From IMG/VR virus record IMGVR_UViG_3300004463_000262, positions 1 to 64,000 of that record: a stretch of DNA of 64,000 nt, one strand, 5' to 3'. A program made the translations under genes and the position numbers. Shown one piece after another: positions 24,305-32,858 of this stretch. Positions within the stretch are counted from its first letter, which is position 1. The number at the start of each line of letters is the position of its first letter. The stretch is from a virus. The notes beneath the pieces are model-generated. The model saw only the letters and a list, made by a program, of their open reading frames with translations. It made no database searches and was not told the origin of the DNA.

Positions 24305-24377
24305 GTCCTAGTAGCTCAGTGGATAGAGTGCCACCCTGCGAAGGTGGAAGTCGTTGGTTCGAGTCCAACTTAGGACG
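24305..24377 (+). tRNA. tRNA-Arg(GCG)
   Basis: GTCCTAG/TTAGGAC; CCACC-CT GCG AA-GGTGG. Confidence 0.9.
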
Positions 24378-24381
24378 CTAG

Positions 24382-24791
24382 AACAGGGACATACGCAGCA
24401 CCCGTTGATCCATGCGTCGTGGGTAACTCCCCGGCCGAAAATTGGGCGTCTTCACGGCGCAGAGATGAGCGGGTGTTGAGGAACTTCAGGACTACTGAAC
24501 CGCGTGGTGCCAAGAGAGCGCGGGGAGCGTTTAGACGATGAGGGAGATGGCCGGTTAGCCGGTAATGCCCGTAATGATGTGTAGGGCTGATAGCGTGAGC
24601 GGGAGCCATCGCGTACCTCTAAGCGGACGATATGTAGCGATTCCAAGTTCGTCCTGAGCACACAGGACAAGGTAGGGAGCAGCCACTTTATCGAGACGGG
24701 TGGCCATTGGTCGAAAGCCCTTCAACGGACGTGAGGGTAGAGGGCTGAAAACCCCACGCTGACCAGTGAGATAGATGTATGTCATCTTGTT
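24382..24791 (+). ncRNA. ~410-nt large ornate ncRNA (possibly ROOL/GOLLD class)
   Basis: Terminal stem AACAGG-GACATAC/GTATGTC-AT-CTTGTT encloses many helices; exactly fills the gap between a tRNA and the next promoter. Confidence 0.65.
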
Positions 24792-24793
24792 AC

Positions 24794-24822
24794 TTGACAA
24801 GACACAGAATCCTGGGTATACT
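24794..24822 (+). promoter_or_regulatory. Sigma70-type promoter
   Basis: TTGACA-17 nt-TATACT. Confidence 0.75.
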
Positions 24823-24837
24823 GTTCTAGATACACAA

Positions 24838-24910
24838 ACCTCCGTAGCTCAGCGGTCAGAGCGCTGGCCTCATAAGCCAGATGTCGTCGGTTCGAATCCA
24901 ACCGGAGGGA
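24838..24910 (+). tRNA. tRNA with CAT anticodon (elongator Met or Ile2)
   Basis: CTGGC-CT CAT AA-GCCAG; CCTCCG/CGGAGG acceptor with 1-72 mismatch. Confidence 0.8.
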
Positions 24911-24912
24911 AT

Positions 24913-25131
24913 ATGAATCAAATTGATAAGAACAAAGTCGTAGAGGTTCCGCTTAGTTCTAAGTACCTTACTCATGATGGATTGTATATGGCAGGCTATC
25001 ATTGGGGTCGGCATATTAGAAGTCCAGAAAGCGCCCCTAGTGGTGCGCCGGTAGCCTTTCTTCAAGGTGTTCGGGATGGATATGGAGACGGCTTGGAAGA
25101 AATCCGAGAAAGGATGAGATCAGGAACATGA
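24913..25131 (+). CDS. RMF-like family hypothetical protein
   Basis: YMAGYHWG...FLQGVRDGYGD; SD GGAGGG supplied by the tRNA 3' end. Confidence 0.6.
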   Translation: MNQIDKNKVVEVPLSSKYLTHDGLYMAGYHWGRHIRSPESAPSGAPVAFLQGVRDGYGDGLEEIRERMRSGT

Positions 25132-25331
25132 AGAAGATAGATCAGAAAGCCGAAAAGGCTGAGCGTAACAAGATCTACGCGCTCAAGTTCAAGAAGAAGG
25201 AAAAGGAGAAGAAGGGCAAGCGCGAGGTTTCTCGTTTCGCCAATTGGTGCAGAACCGAGGGTCATGATCCTAGTTGTAGTTGCGCCTATCCTTCTCGCGA
25301 AGAAGTCATTGAGGCTTCACGCAGAAAGTAA
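25128..25331 (+). CDS. Small Lys-rich protein
   Basis: ATGA overlap with the upstream gene; C/H cluster at the C-terminus. Confidence 0.6.
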   Translation: MKKIDQKAEKAERNKIYALKFKKKEKEKKGKREVSRFANWCRTEGHDPSCSCAYPSREEVIEASRRK

Positions 25332-25404
25332 TTCCCTGTAGCTCAGTGGAAAGAGCATCTGTTTCCTAAACAGAGTGTCGGAGGTTCGATTCCTCTCAGG
25401 GAAG
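25332..25404 (+). tRNA. tRNA-Arg(CCT)
   Basis: TTCCCTG/CAGGGAA; TCTGT-TT CCT AA-ACAGA. Confidence 0.9.
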
Positions 25405-25405
25405 T

Positions 25406-25651
25406 ATGAAAAGAAAGCTTAAGTGTGGTACTTGTGGTACCACCAAAAATAAAGCAACAGGCAAAACGCTCTACATGTTTGGTGACTCGCCTGCATCTAT
25501 GATGATCCTCCCTGATTCTATCGAGTGTTGGGATTGTGGTGAGGCTCGTCGTGAGGCAGAAGAAAAGAAAAAGCAGGAGCGCAACAAGAGCCTGGTTGAT
25601 AAGTTCGCTGTCGAAAGCGATAAACTAGCACGCGGAGTAGAGCACTGGTAG
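25406..25651 (+). CDS. Small zinc-ribbon protein
   Basis: CGTC...CWDC; stop lies inside the next tRNA. Confidence 0.6.
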   Translation: MKRKLKCGTCGTTKNKATGKTLYMFGDSPASMMILPDSIECWDCGEARREAEEKKKQERNKSLVDKFAVESDKLARGVEHW

Positions 25652-25702
25652 CTCGTCAGCCTCATAAGCTGAAGGTAGCTGGTTCAATTCCAGCCTCCGC
25701 TA
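25631..25702 (+). tRNA. Initiator-like tRNA-fMet(CAT)
   Basis: CGCGGAG/CTCCGCT with C1xU72 mismatch and A11-U24-type D stem; TCAGC-CT CAT AA-GCTGA. Confidence 0.85.
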
Positions 25703-25721
25703 TAGAGTAAAGTGAAGGTTC

Positions 25722-25754
25722 AAGCCCGTGGCGTTCTTGCGCCACGGGCTTTTT
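25722..25754 (+). terminator. Intrinsic terminator ending the tRNA array
   Basis: AAGCCCGTGGCG-TTCTTG-CGCCACGGGCTT hairpin ending in a T run. Confidence 0.8.
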
Positions 25755-25771
25755 CGTGCTATAATAAACTG

Positions 25772-26053
25772 ATGGAGCTACATCATAGGAAAGCTAGAGA
25801 GATCTGGCGGGAGATGAGACTAGAGAATGGTATAGATCCTGATTCAGTCACTTCTAGTGATCCAGGACACCCCAAGTGGTCTACAATTAAGTACATCGGG
25901 GGATATTATCATGGTTTAGTGGGTCTTTATATTCCCCCTGATCGTCGTAACGATTCTAATAATGCCAAGGGAACTTTTGGCACGACTGAGGATGAGTGGG
26001 ATATGGGTTATTGGGACGCTCAAGGAGATTTAGAAAATGGCAAATATAACTAA
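25772..26053 (+). CDS. RMF-like family hypothetical protein
   Basis: YIGGYYHGLVG...WDMGYWDAQGD; TG-C-TATAAT just upstream. Confidence 0.6.
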   Translation: MELHHRKAREIWREMRLENGIDPDSVTSSDPGHPKWSTIKYIGGYYHGLVGLYIPPDRRNDSNNAKGTFGTTEDEWDMGYWDAQGDLENGKYN

Positions 26054-27416
26054 GGATTTGAAGGTTTTTAGCCCGCAGGGTGTGGGTATTGATCAGGGCG
26101 CGGTTGAGCAGATTGAACGCTGCCTAGAGCATCCTAACGCCGTTGCCGGTGCATTGATGGCTGACCATCATCTAGGCTATTCTATGCCTATTGGTGGTGT
26201 TGTCGCCTACGAGGATGCTATTTCTCCTACAGGAGTAGGATTCGATATCGCCTGTGGGAACATGGCGGTCAAGACTGATCTGAATATCTCTAGTTTCGGT
26301 TCTGAGTCTGCCAAGAGTGGGGACATCGTTCCTAATCCTAAGGTATTCAAGGGACTGATGCGTGAAATCCAGCGCCAGGTATCTTTCGGTATTGGTCGTT
26401 CTAACGCGAATCCTATTGATCATCCTCTCTTCGACAATCCTGTTTGGGTTGAGATTGATAACCAGTTTGGTCGTGAGCTAGAGGCTAAGGCTCGCAACCA
26501 GTTGGGTACCGTGGGTTCTGGTAATCACTATGTGGATATTCTCGTTGACGAGAAGGGTGCTCTCTGGATTGCTAACCACTTTGGCTCTCGTGGTCTAGGT
26601 CATACTATCGCTTCTGGCTTTATGGCTGCTGCCGCTGGTAGGAAGTTCACGGATCGCGTTCCTGAGTCCGAGGATGCAGTAGTTCTTACTAAGAATGACC
26701 CTCTAATCTACGAGTTCTACATCGAGGCTATGCAGCTAGCTGGCGAGTACGCTTATGCTGGTCGTGAGTACGTCATCGATCAGGTTCTTAAGATCCTCGG
26801 TGCTGAAGCTGTTTGGTCAGTCCACAATCATCACAACTACGCTTGGCTGGAAGATGGCAAGTGGGTAGTTCGCAAGGGTGCCACTCCGCTAACGAATTCT
26901 CCTGCATTTATTGGAGGTTCTATGGGTGATATCTCCGTGATTGTTCGTGGTCGAACGGCTGGTGGCGAAATGTTGCGCTGGACTCGCACGGAAGATGTTG
27001 GCGCATTGGGTTCTGCGCCTCATGGTGCTGGTCGTATCATGAGCCGCACAAAGGCCGCTGGTAAGTTACGCAAGATGTGGGTATGTCCTAATCGTAACTG
27101 TGGTAAGTTTGAGGAAAGAGCAGTAGCAAATACGCCTGCTTCTGCTGGTTCTCGCTGCCCGGATTGCAACATCGTTTTGCGCAAGGTTCGCAAGCGCGAT
27201 ACCTCTGATGCTGCTATCGATTGGACTGCAACCCGTCAGGATCTAAAGGATCGTGGGATCATTGTTCTGGGTGCTGGTGCTGATGAGGCACCGGGAGTCT
27301 ATAAGCCTCTCGCTGAGGTTATCGAAGCACATCCTAACATCGAAATCCTACATACTCTTCGTCCGCTTGGTGTGGTAATGGCAGGTGCGGATGAATTTGA
27401 CCCTTATGCTGATTGA
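26037..27416 (+). CDS. rtcB: RNA ligase RtcB with zinc-ribbon insertion
   Basis: DHHLGY, GVGFDIACG, GTVGSGNHY, HFGSRGLG, HNHHNYA, RKGAT, GSMG, HGAGR and DEAPGVYK motifs. Confidence 0.93.
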   Translation: MANITKDLKVFSPQGVGIDQGAVEQIERCLEHPNAVAGALMADHHLGYSMPIGGVVAYEDAISPTGVGFDIACGNMAVKTDLNISSFGSESAKSGDIVPNPKVFKGLMREIQRQVSFGIGRSNANPIDHPLFDNPVWVEIDNQFGRELEAKARNQLGTVGSGNHYVDILVDEKGALWIANHFGSRGLGHTIASGFMAAAAGRKFTDRVPESEDAVVLTKNDPLIYEFYIEAMQLAGEYAYAGREYVIDQVLKILGAEAVWSVHNHHNYAWLEDGKWVVRKGATPLTNSPAFIGGSMGDISVIVRGRTAGGEMLRWTRTEDVGALGSAPHGAGRIMSRTKAAGKLRKMWVCPNRNCGKFEERAVANTPASAGSRCPDCNIVLRKVRKRDTSDAAIDWTATRQDLKDRGIIVLGAGADEAPGVYKPLAEVIEAHPNIEILHTLRPLGVVMAGADEFDPYAD

Positions 27417-27553
27417 TCCTTACCAAGGACGATCAGATGCCTGAATGGTTCTTCGGTGGTAGCGAAAACTAGTATAATTGTTGGCACGTGATGCAGGAGA
27501 GAGGCGGACACTAATAGAAGACATCGTTAGAACAGAAATAGGAGACTTTCAGA

Positions 27554-29359
27554 GTGACAGAATTCGAGCCTACAGGGCTAGGAGCTACGATTTTCTCAGA
27601 TAGGTACGCGAGAGAACCAGAAGAGACGTGGCCCGAAGCATGTGACAGGGTGGCCCGCCATGTGGCCCAAGCAGAAGATAATGGCAAAGTAAAGCAGTAC
27701 ACAGAAAGGTTTTATGAGCAGTTAGCAAGTGGTAGGTTTAGTCCTGGAGGTCGAATTTGGTACGGATCGGGACGCCCTAAGGCGCAGCTTCTAAATTGCT
27801 TCGTGGTTCCTACTGGAGATAGTCGAGAGGCGTGGGGTAAAACCGCTTCTGACACGATTATCATCAGTGGGCTTATGGGTGGAATCGGAATAAATCTCTC
27901 GCCTATACGTGGTCGAGGTTACTCGATTAAAGGCACTGGTGGCGTAGCTACTGGTGCTGTTTCTTATGGTCAGTTGATCAATGGCATTGGAGATGTGATC
28001 GTCGGCGGCGGTGGTCGAAGGATGGCTCTTATGTTGGCCCTTGAGCTAACCCATCCAGACGTAGAAGAGTTCCTCTCGGCTAAGCTAGATCGTGACGAGT
28101 TGAACAATGCGAATATTTCGCTGATCATCCCGGACAATCTTTCCACAGATGACTTTGTGAGAATGATTGAGAACGGGGAAGACATTGAATTAGAGTTCAA
28201 TGGTGTTCCTTCTGGTAAGGCCATCAATGCTAAGTGGCTCTGGGATAAGCTAGTAGAGAATGCTTATGAGTCTGGGGAGCCAGGGGTGTTGAATGGTTAT
28301 CTGGCGAATCAGATGAACAACCTCTACTATTACAAGTCGCTTGTTTGTACTAATCCCTGTGGAGAGATCTGGTTGGAACCTTACGGGTGCTGTGATTTGG
28401 GCGCTCTCGTTCTTCCAAGGTTTGTTTTTGACGGTAGAATGGATTGGGATATGCTGGAAGAGACTATCCGCCTAGGGGTACGATTCCTAGATAACGTTTT
28501 AACGGTAAACCATTATCCTATCCAGGAGATCAAGGATAATAATGAGAACGTTCGTCGTCTAGGATTAGGAGTTATGGGTTTGCACACAATGCTTCTCGAA
28601 CTAGGCATGACTTATGATAGCGAAGAGTCTTTTTCTTTTGTGGATAAGCTTTTCAGTGTCATCAAGAACACAGCTTACGACACGAGCATCAATCTGGCCA
28701 TCGAGAAGGGGCCATTCCCTGCTTATGATCCGAAGTTCCTGGAGAGCGGATTTGCTAAAACACTAAAGCGTGGCATCCGTAATAAGATCAAGGAGTATGG
28801 CATCCGTAACTGTGCTCTTCTGACAATAGCCCCAACTGGTACAACCTCTATGGTTCAAGGTGTAAGTTCTGGTGTCGAGCCGATTCCTTCACCTGTTTAT
28901 TGGAGAAATTACTTCAAGCCAACAGATGATGGTACGAGGGTTCTTGAGCGAGAGCTAGTTGTAGAGGATGCATTTCACAAGTATCGAGACATCGTTCAAT
29001 CTGCGATTGATATCCCGGTTGAGAATCACTTCCGCATGCAAGCTATTGTTCAGGAGCACATCGATAATGCTGTTTCCAAGACCATTAACATGGCAAAAGA
29101 TGCTGATAAGCAGGAATTTTCTGCTGCATGGTTGAAGTATCTTCCGAGTTGTAAAGGCACGACGGTCTATCGCTTTGGTTCTAGAGAGAATGAACCGATT
29201 AACCCTGTTCCTCGTGAGCAATGGGATGAAGTTGTTGGACAGGATCATGCTTCAGAGATGAGTGTCGAGGAATTTATGTTTGGTGACTGTCCTGATGGAG
29301 CATGTTCTGTAGAACTTGTCCCGCAGAGTTGGCAAGATCGCGAGATTGTGCTAAAATAG
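27554..29359 (+). CDS. nrdJ: Class II (B12-dependent) ribonucleotide reductase
   Basis: SPGGRIW, LLNCFV, TNPCGEIWL..YGCCDLG, RRLGLGVMG, TIAPTGT, AVSKTIN, C-terminal CPDGAC; no beta subunit nearby. Confidence 0.88.
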   Translation: MTEFEPTGLGATIFSDRYAREPEETWPEACDRVARHVAQAEDNGKVKQYTERFYEQLASGRFSPGGRIWYGSGRPKAQLLNCFVVPTGDSREAWGKTASDTIIISGLMGGIGINLSPIRGRGYSIKGTGGVATGAVSYGQLINGIGDVIVGGGGRRMALMLALELTHPDVEEFLSAKLDRDELNNANISLIIPDNLSTDDFVRMIENGEDIELEFNGVPSGKAINAKWLWDKLVENAYESGEPGVLNGYLANQMNNLYYYKSLVCTNPCGEIWLEPYGCCDLGALVLPRFVFDGRMDWDMLEETIRLGVRFLDNVLTVNHYPIQEIKDNNENVRRLGLGVMGLHTMLLELGMTYDSEESFSFVDKLFSVIKNTAYDTSINLAIEKGPFPAYDPKFLESGFAKTLKRGIRNKIKEYGIRNCALLTIAPTGTTSMVQGVSSGVEPIPSPVYWRNYFKPTDDGTRVLERELVVEDAFHKYRDIVQSAIDIPVENHFRMQAIVQEHIDNAVSKTINMAKDADKQEFSAAWLKYLPSCKGTTVYRFGSRENEPINPVPREQWDEVVGQDHASEMSVEEFMFGDCPDGACSVELVPQSWQDREIVLK

Positions 29360-29363
29360 ACAG

Positions 29364-29651
29364 ATGGCCAAAGTGGTGGTCTGCGAGAGCTTACTCAAGC
29401 CGCAGATAATCCCGGTAGAATCTAGTCAAGGCGATGGCACGTATTACACGGTCATCGCCTCTACTCTTTTCAATGATCCTGTCTGTGATTGCAGAGGATT
29501 TGAGTTTCGAGGGACATGTAGGCATATCCAGATGATCGAGCAGGCTAGATGTGATTTTCATCGTCTACCCATGGAGGAAGAAGAGCTAGGCCATTGTCCG
29601 CAATGTCGTAACCCGCTGGTGCTGTTTGAAATGGAGCCTGAGTTTGACTGA
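29364..29651 (+). CDS. SWIM zinc-finger protein
   Basis: CDCRGFEFRGTCRH plus CPQC. Confidence 0.75.
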   Translation: MAKVVVCESLLKPQIIPVESSQGDGTYYTVIASTLFNDPVCDCRGFEFRGTCRHIQMIEQARCDFHRLPMEEEELGHCPQCRNPLVLFEMEPEFD

Positions 29652-29868
29652 TCTAGAGCCAGACAACCAAGAACGAATCACTAGTCTTGCTGAGTCGTTA
29701 AATATTTCCAGAAAAAGCTGGGATGACCCTGACAATCTTTCTTACTTTGCAGGATACTATGATGCTTACCTTGAATTCCCTCATACTCCTACTGGCTTTA
29801 CTTCATTTTACGCAATGGGATATGAGGATGGAACGGGGGATCTAGACATAGATTTGGAAAATGAATAG
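29644..29868 (+). CDS. RMF-like family hypothetical protein
   Basis: SYFAGYYDA...YAMGYEDGTGD. Confidence 0.55.
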   Translation: MTDLEPDNQERITSLAESLNISRKSWDDPDNLSYFAGYYDAYLEFPHTPTGFTSFYAMGYEDGTGDLDIDLENE

Positions 29869-30454
29869 AGAAGAGAGATTACAGCACATAGCCAGGGAAC
29901 TGTACGAGGCCAAGTCTGATGAGAAAATGGTCAAAGAAGATGTGGGCAGGCTACGAGAAGAGTTCTTTAGACTTCATGATGAGGGCTTCAAGGGGCAGAC
30001 TTATAGGTTGCCGGTGAAGACTATAGAGGTTCCCGATGCGTTCTTTGAGATAACCGATATGGGCATTGATGAGTTTGTGGAGTCGCGCTTCCCTAACTGG
30101 AATGTAGAGCACATCGAGAAGAATACGGCTTTGAATAAAACGGTAATTGTGTTGAAGCAGGACTATAGGTATGTTCCTGGTGTTGTGGATGTGCAGGATG
30201 GGGACAAGACGATTCGTGTTTCCAAAGAAGTTTCCGAATATACGCCTGAGATCGATTGGACTACCCTTAAGGAAGAGCGCCCTGATCTCTTTGAGCGTAT
30301 CGCACAACCAATTACGAGCTATGAAATAGATGAAGTGGGTTTTTCAAAGCTGATTGATGAGTCACCTGAAGAACTAGCGACTCTACAGCGACACATGAGA
30401 GTGAAGCCGCCGACCATAAGGGCGACGGCTAGGAGAATCAAGACAGATGAATGA
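29861..30454 (+). CDS. Hypothetical protein
   Basis: Tightly packed ORF in the replication operon. Confidence 0.7.
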   Translation: MNREERLQHIARELYEAKSDEKMVKEDVGRLREEFFRLHDEGFKGQTYRLPVKTIEVPDAFFEITDMGIDEFVESRFPNWNVEHIEKNTALNKTVIVLKQDYRYVPGVVDVQDGDKTIRVSKEVSEYTPEIDWTTLKEERPDLFERIAQPITSYEIDEVGFSKLIDESPEELATLQRHMRVKPPTIRATARRIKTDE

Positions 30455-30758
30455 CCAAGAGTTTTTTGAGCAGCGAGATAAACTGGCAGAAGACCTTTAT
30501 GGTGATCGTTATCATAGGTTGAGTGCATGGGGCAGGAGTTCTGTAGATAGAGCAATAAGACAGAAAGTTTTTGAACCATTGCAGGGCAACTTGCCAACGC
30601 AGCCGGAAGCTGCTACACTACGACAAGAGAATGAGCGTCTCGCTCGTCTATTAGAGAACGCTCAGCAGGAGAGTTTGGAATTATGGGAAGAAGTGACGGA
30701 ATTGAAGACGGAGTTGGCGACACTGAGATCGGAGTTGAACCTTCCCTCTACCTCGTAG
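30447..30758 (+). CDS. Coiled-coil hypothetical protein
   Basis: Overlapping start; heptad C-terminus. Confidence 0.55.
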   Translation: MNDQEFFEQRDKLAEDLYGDRYHRLSAWGRSSVDRAIRQKVFEPLQGNLPTQPEAATLRQENERLARLLENAQQESLELWEEVTELKTELATLRSELNLPSTS

Positions 30759-31267
30759 GAGCGCCGGGTACAAAGAAAGACGAGATTGCTCGTGCTTTGG
30801 AAGAACGTTTTCCAAACAATCTTACTTATAAGACAGAGAATCTCGAAAATACACCCTACGCCCTAGGTTCGGTCGCGGACTATCGAATTGAACTTAAACT
30901 AGCGTTAGAACGAAGCTTAGAGAAGCCCTCTGGGGCCACCCTCTACACTCACTCCGTGCTAGACAACCTCGCATACCTCTCTTTTGCCATTTCTAGGTAT
31001 CAGATGGGCACTGTGGGTGAAGAAACCGTGCAGAGAGCCGTTCTGGCATGGACTCTTACTGGCCTGATTCTAACTGACTCATTTAAGAACGATCATGTGT
31101 TTCTCTTGCAGGGTAAGTTTGATCCCGAGGATGACTATGAGTCGGCTGAACTACAGATCATTCTTCAAATGATCCTGGATCAGTATCAGGTGAACTATTC
31201 GATCATCGATGTGGATGATGATCCCGTCGAGAAGATCGCGGAGACTTTGGGGACGTATCTTGACTAA
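30683..31267 (+). CDS. Nucleotide-kinase-like protein with degenerate P-loop
   Basis: LYLVGAPGTKKDEIARAL and HSVLDNLAY; start probably later than annotated. Confidence 0.55.
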   Translation: MGRSDGIEDGVGDTEIGVEPSLYLVGAPGTKKDEIARALEERFPNNLTYKTENLENTPYALGSVADYRIELKLALERSLEKPSGATLYTHSVLDNLAYLSFAISRYQMGTVGEETVQRAVLAWTLTGLILTDSFKNDHVFLLQGKFDPEDDYESAELQIILQMILDQYQVNYSIIDVDDDPVEKIAETLGTYLD

Positions 31268-31475
31268 GAGAGAGGCATTTCTGTATTGGAAATCTTTATG
31301 GATTGAGCCAGGTTGTAATGATTCCTATGCGGCTGGGTACTATGGCTTTCTTCTTGGTGTGGCAAGAGAAAACGCTCATCGCGGTGATAGGCGTCATCTT
31401 TATTGTATGGGGTGGGATGATGCTAAGGGAGATTGGGGAACTTCATTGCCGCACAAGGAGCAAGCATTTGACTAA
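31260..31475 (+). CDS. RMF-like family protein (tandem copy 1)
   Basis: SYAAGYYG...YCMGWDDAKGDWG. Confidence 0.65.
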   Translation: MTKREAFLYWKSLWIEPGCNDSYAAGYYGFLLGVARENAHRGDRRHLYCMGWDDAKGDWGTSLPHKEQAFD

Positions 31476-31659
31476 GGCAGAGGCGCTCGAATATTGGGAG
31501 GATTATTGGGCATTTCGGCGTCCAGGATTAGATCATAGAAGCATATCGTATATTGGTGGCTATTTAGTTGGACTCAGAGGTCATGCAAGACAGCAGTCTG
31601 GATACACTAATGATTGGTATATGGGATGGGATGATGCAAAAGGAGATTGGGGAGATTGA
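31468..31659 (+). CDS. RMF-like family protein (tandem copy 2)
   Basis: SYIGGYLVGLRG...WYMGWDDAKGDWG; AAGGAG RBS. Confidence 0.65.
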   Translation: MTKAEALEYWEDYWAFRRPGLDHRSISYIGGYLVGLRGHARQQSGYTNDWYMGWDDAKGDWGD

Positions 31660-31888
31660 GACAGTTAAAGCCTACTGGAGTGATCTTTGGGAAAAAACAG
31701 AGGCAGCCAAAACGGAATTGGGTTTCAAATCTGATCATATTGAGGATTCTCAAGATTGGTATATTGCTGGTTATTGGTCAAAATTGCGTTTAATATCAAG
31801 AGAAGGTACATATTTGCGAGGCAAGAATAGAGAATTCTGGCAGGCTGGATGGGATGACGCTGAGGGAGATTGGAAAGAGAAACTTTAA
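31655..31888 (+). CDS. RMF-like family protein (tandem copy 3; start uncertain)
   Basis: WYIAGYW...FWQAGWDDAEGDW. Confidence 0.55.
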   Translation: METVKAYWSDLWEKTEAAKTELGFKSDHIEDSQDWYIAGYWSKLRLISREGTYLRGKNREFWQAGWDDAEGDWKEKL

Positions 31889-32664
31889 TCGCTAACTTGC
31901 GGCAACGCAAGATTGACGACACAACATATGATAGGATCACTACTCTTTATCCGGTAGCTGTAAGCTGCCCGACTTGTGGGGGTCGAGGAAAGTATAACCT
32001 TGATCTGCTTCCCAATGAGTGTGATTGTGAAGTACAAAAACTCCTGCAAAAGCACTACTTTGCTGCCAACATTGGTCGTGAGTACCACGATATTTGTTTG
32101 AAGGATTTTAGTGGCTCGGATACCAATTCTGTAGTGCCGGTTACGCAAGAGTACATTTCCAATTTCGAAAACAACTTCCACTATGGTCTGGGGTTGACCT
32201 TTAGTGGCCCCGTGGGCACAGGGAAGACCTTTGCTATGACCTGTGTGCTGAAGGAGTTGATTAAGCAGGGGGTGGATGTCTATTTCATCACCTTTGAAGA
32301 GCTAATCAATGTCTGGGGCAAATCGTGGCATGATGATGATGCCAAACGACTCTTGGAGCAACGTTTAAAAACGGCCTCTGTTTTGGGGCTAGACGAATTA
32401 CGTACAGATCCGAGAAATGCGGGTGGATTCTTGGCCAATGGGCTAGACTCAGTGATTAGACATCGTACTTCTAACCTGCTCCCAACTTTAGTTACTACTA
32501 ACATGAATCGAGAGGCGGAACTAGATCAGTTCGGCAAGGTTTACAGTCTGTTGTCAGCCAAGAACACAAGAGTGGAGACTCATGGTCATGATCGTCGCAT
32601 GCGCGAGGTAAGGAATCGTAACTTCGAGCTAAATCAGCGGGGGGAACGAAGACCAATATGTTAA
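31870..32664 (+). CDS. DnaC/IstB-like helicase loader ATPase
   Basis: CPTC...CDC zinc site, GPVGTGKT, LGLDEL, RHRTSNLLPTLVTTN. Confidence 0.85.
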   Translation: MERETLIANLRQRKIDDTTYDRITTLYPVAVSCPTCGGRGKYNLDLLPNECDCEVQKLLQKHYFAANIGREYHDICLKDFSGSDTNSVVPVTQEYISNFENNFHYGLGLTFSGPVGTGKTFAMTCVLKELIKQGVDVYFITFEELINVWGKSWHDDDAKRLLEQRLKTASVLGLDELRTDPRNAGGFLANGLDSVIRHRTSNLLPTLVTTNMNREAELDQFGKVYSLLSAKNTRVETHGHDRRMREVRNRNFELNQRGERRPIC

Positions 32665-32858
32665 GATTTGTAGAAATGCTCCTAAGACCATTCGATAACG
32701 AGGATAGAGAGTTGATTCTGCGTTTTCGTTTGTGGAAATCAGATTGGTTTCCTTATCGCACTTACGTGATGGGCGATGAAAAGGAGTTTCTGGATATGTT
32801 GGATGGCAAGATACAACCAAAGTGGCAATGGAATAGGCCATGCAGGTGGATAAGATGA
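32658..32858 (+). CDS. Hypothetical protein
   Basis: Fills the gap between loader and helicase. Confidence 0.5.
   Translation: MLRFVEMLLRPFDNEDRELILRFRLWKSDWFPYRTYVMGDEKEFLDMLDGKIQPKWQWNRPCRWIR

Noticed and set aside
9264-25702. Many ORF-track ORFs overlapping or antisense to tRNAs and ncRNAs (e.g. 10052, 12250, 14314, 16727, 20249, 21230, 24370)
   Set aside because: They run across clear tRNA cloverleaves, lack RBS or motifs, and are typical shadow ORFs
9264-25702. Stop-codon reassignment or suppressor tRNAs
   Set aside because: No CTA, TTA or TCA anticodon found, and conserved genes are uninterrupted in the standard code
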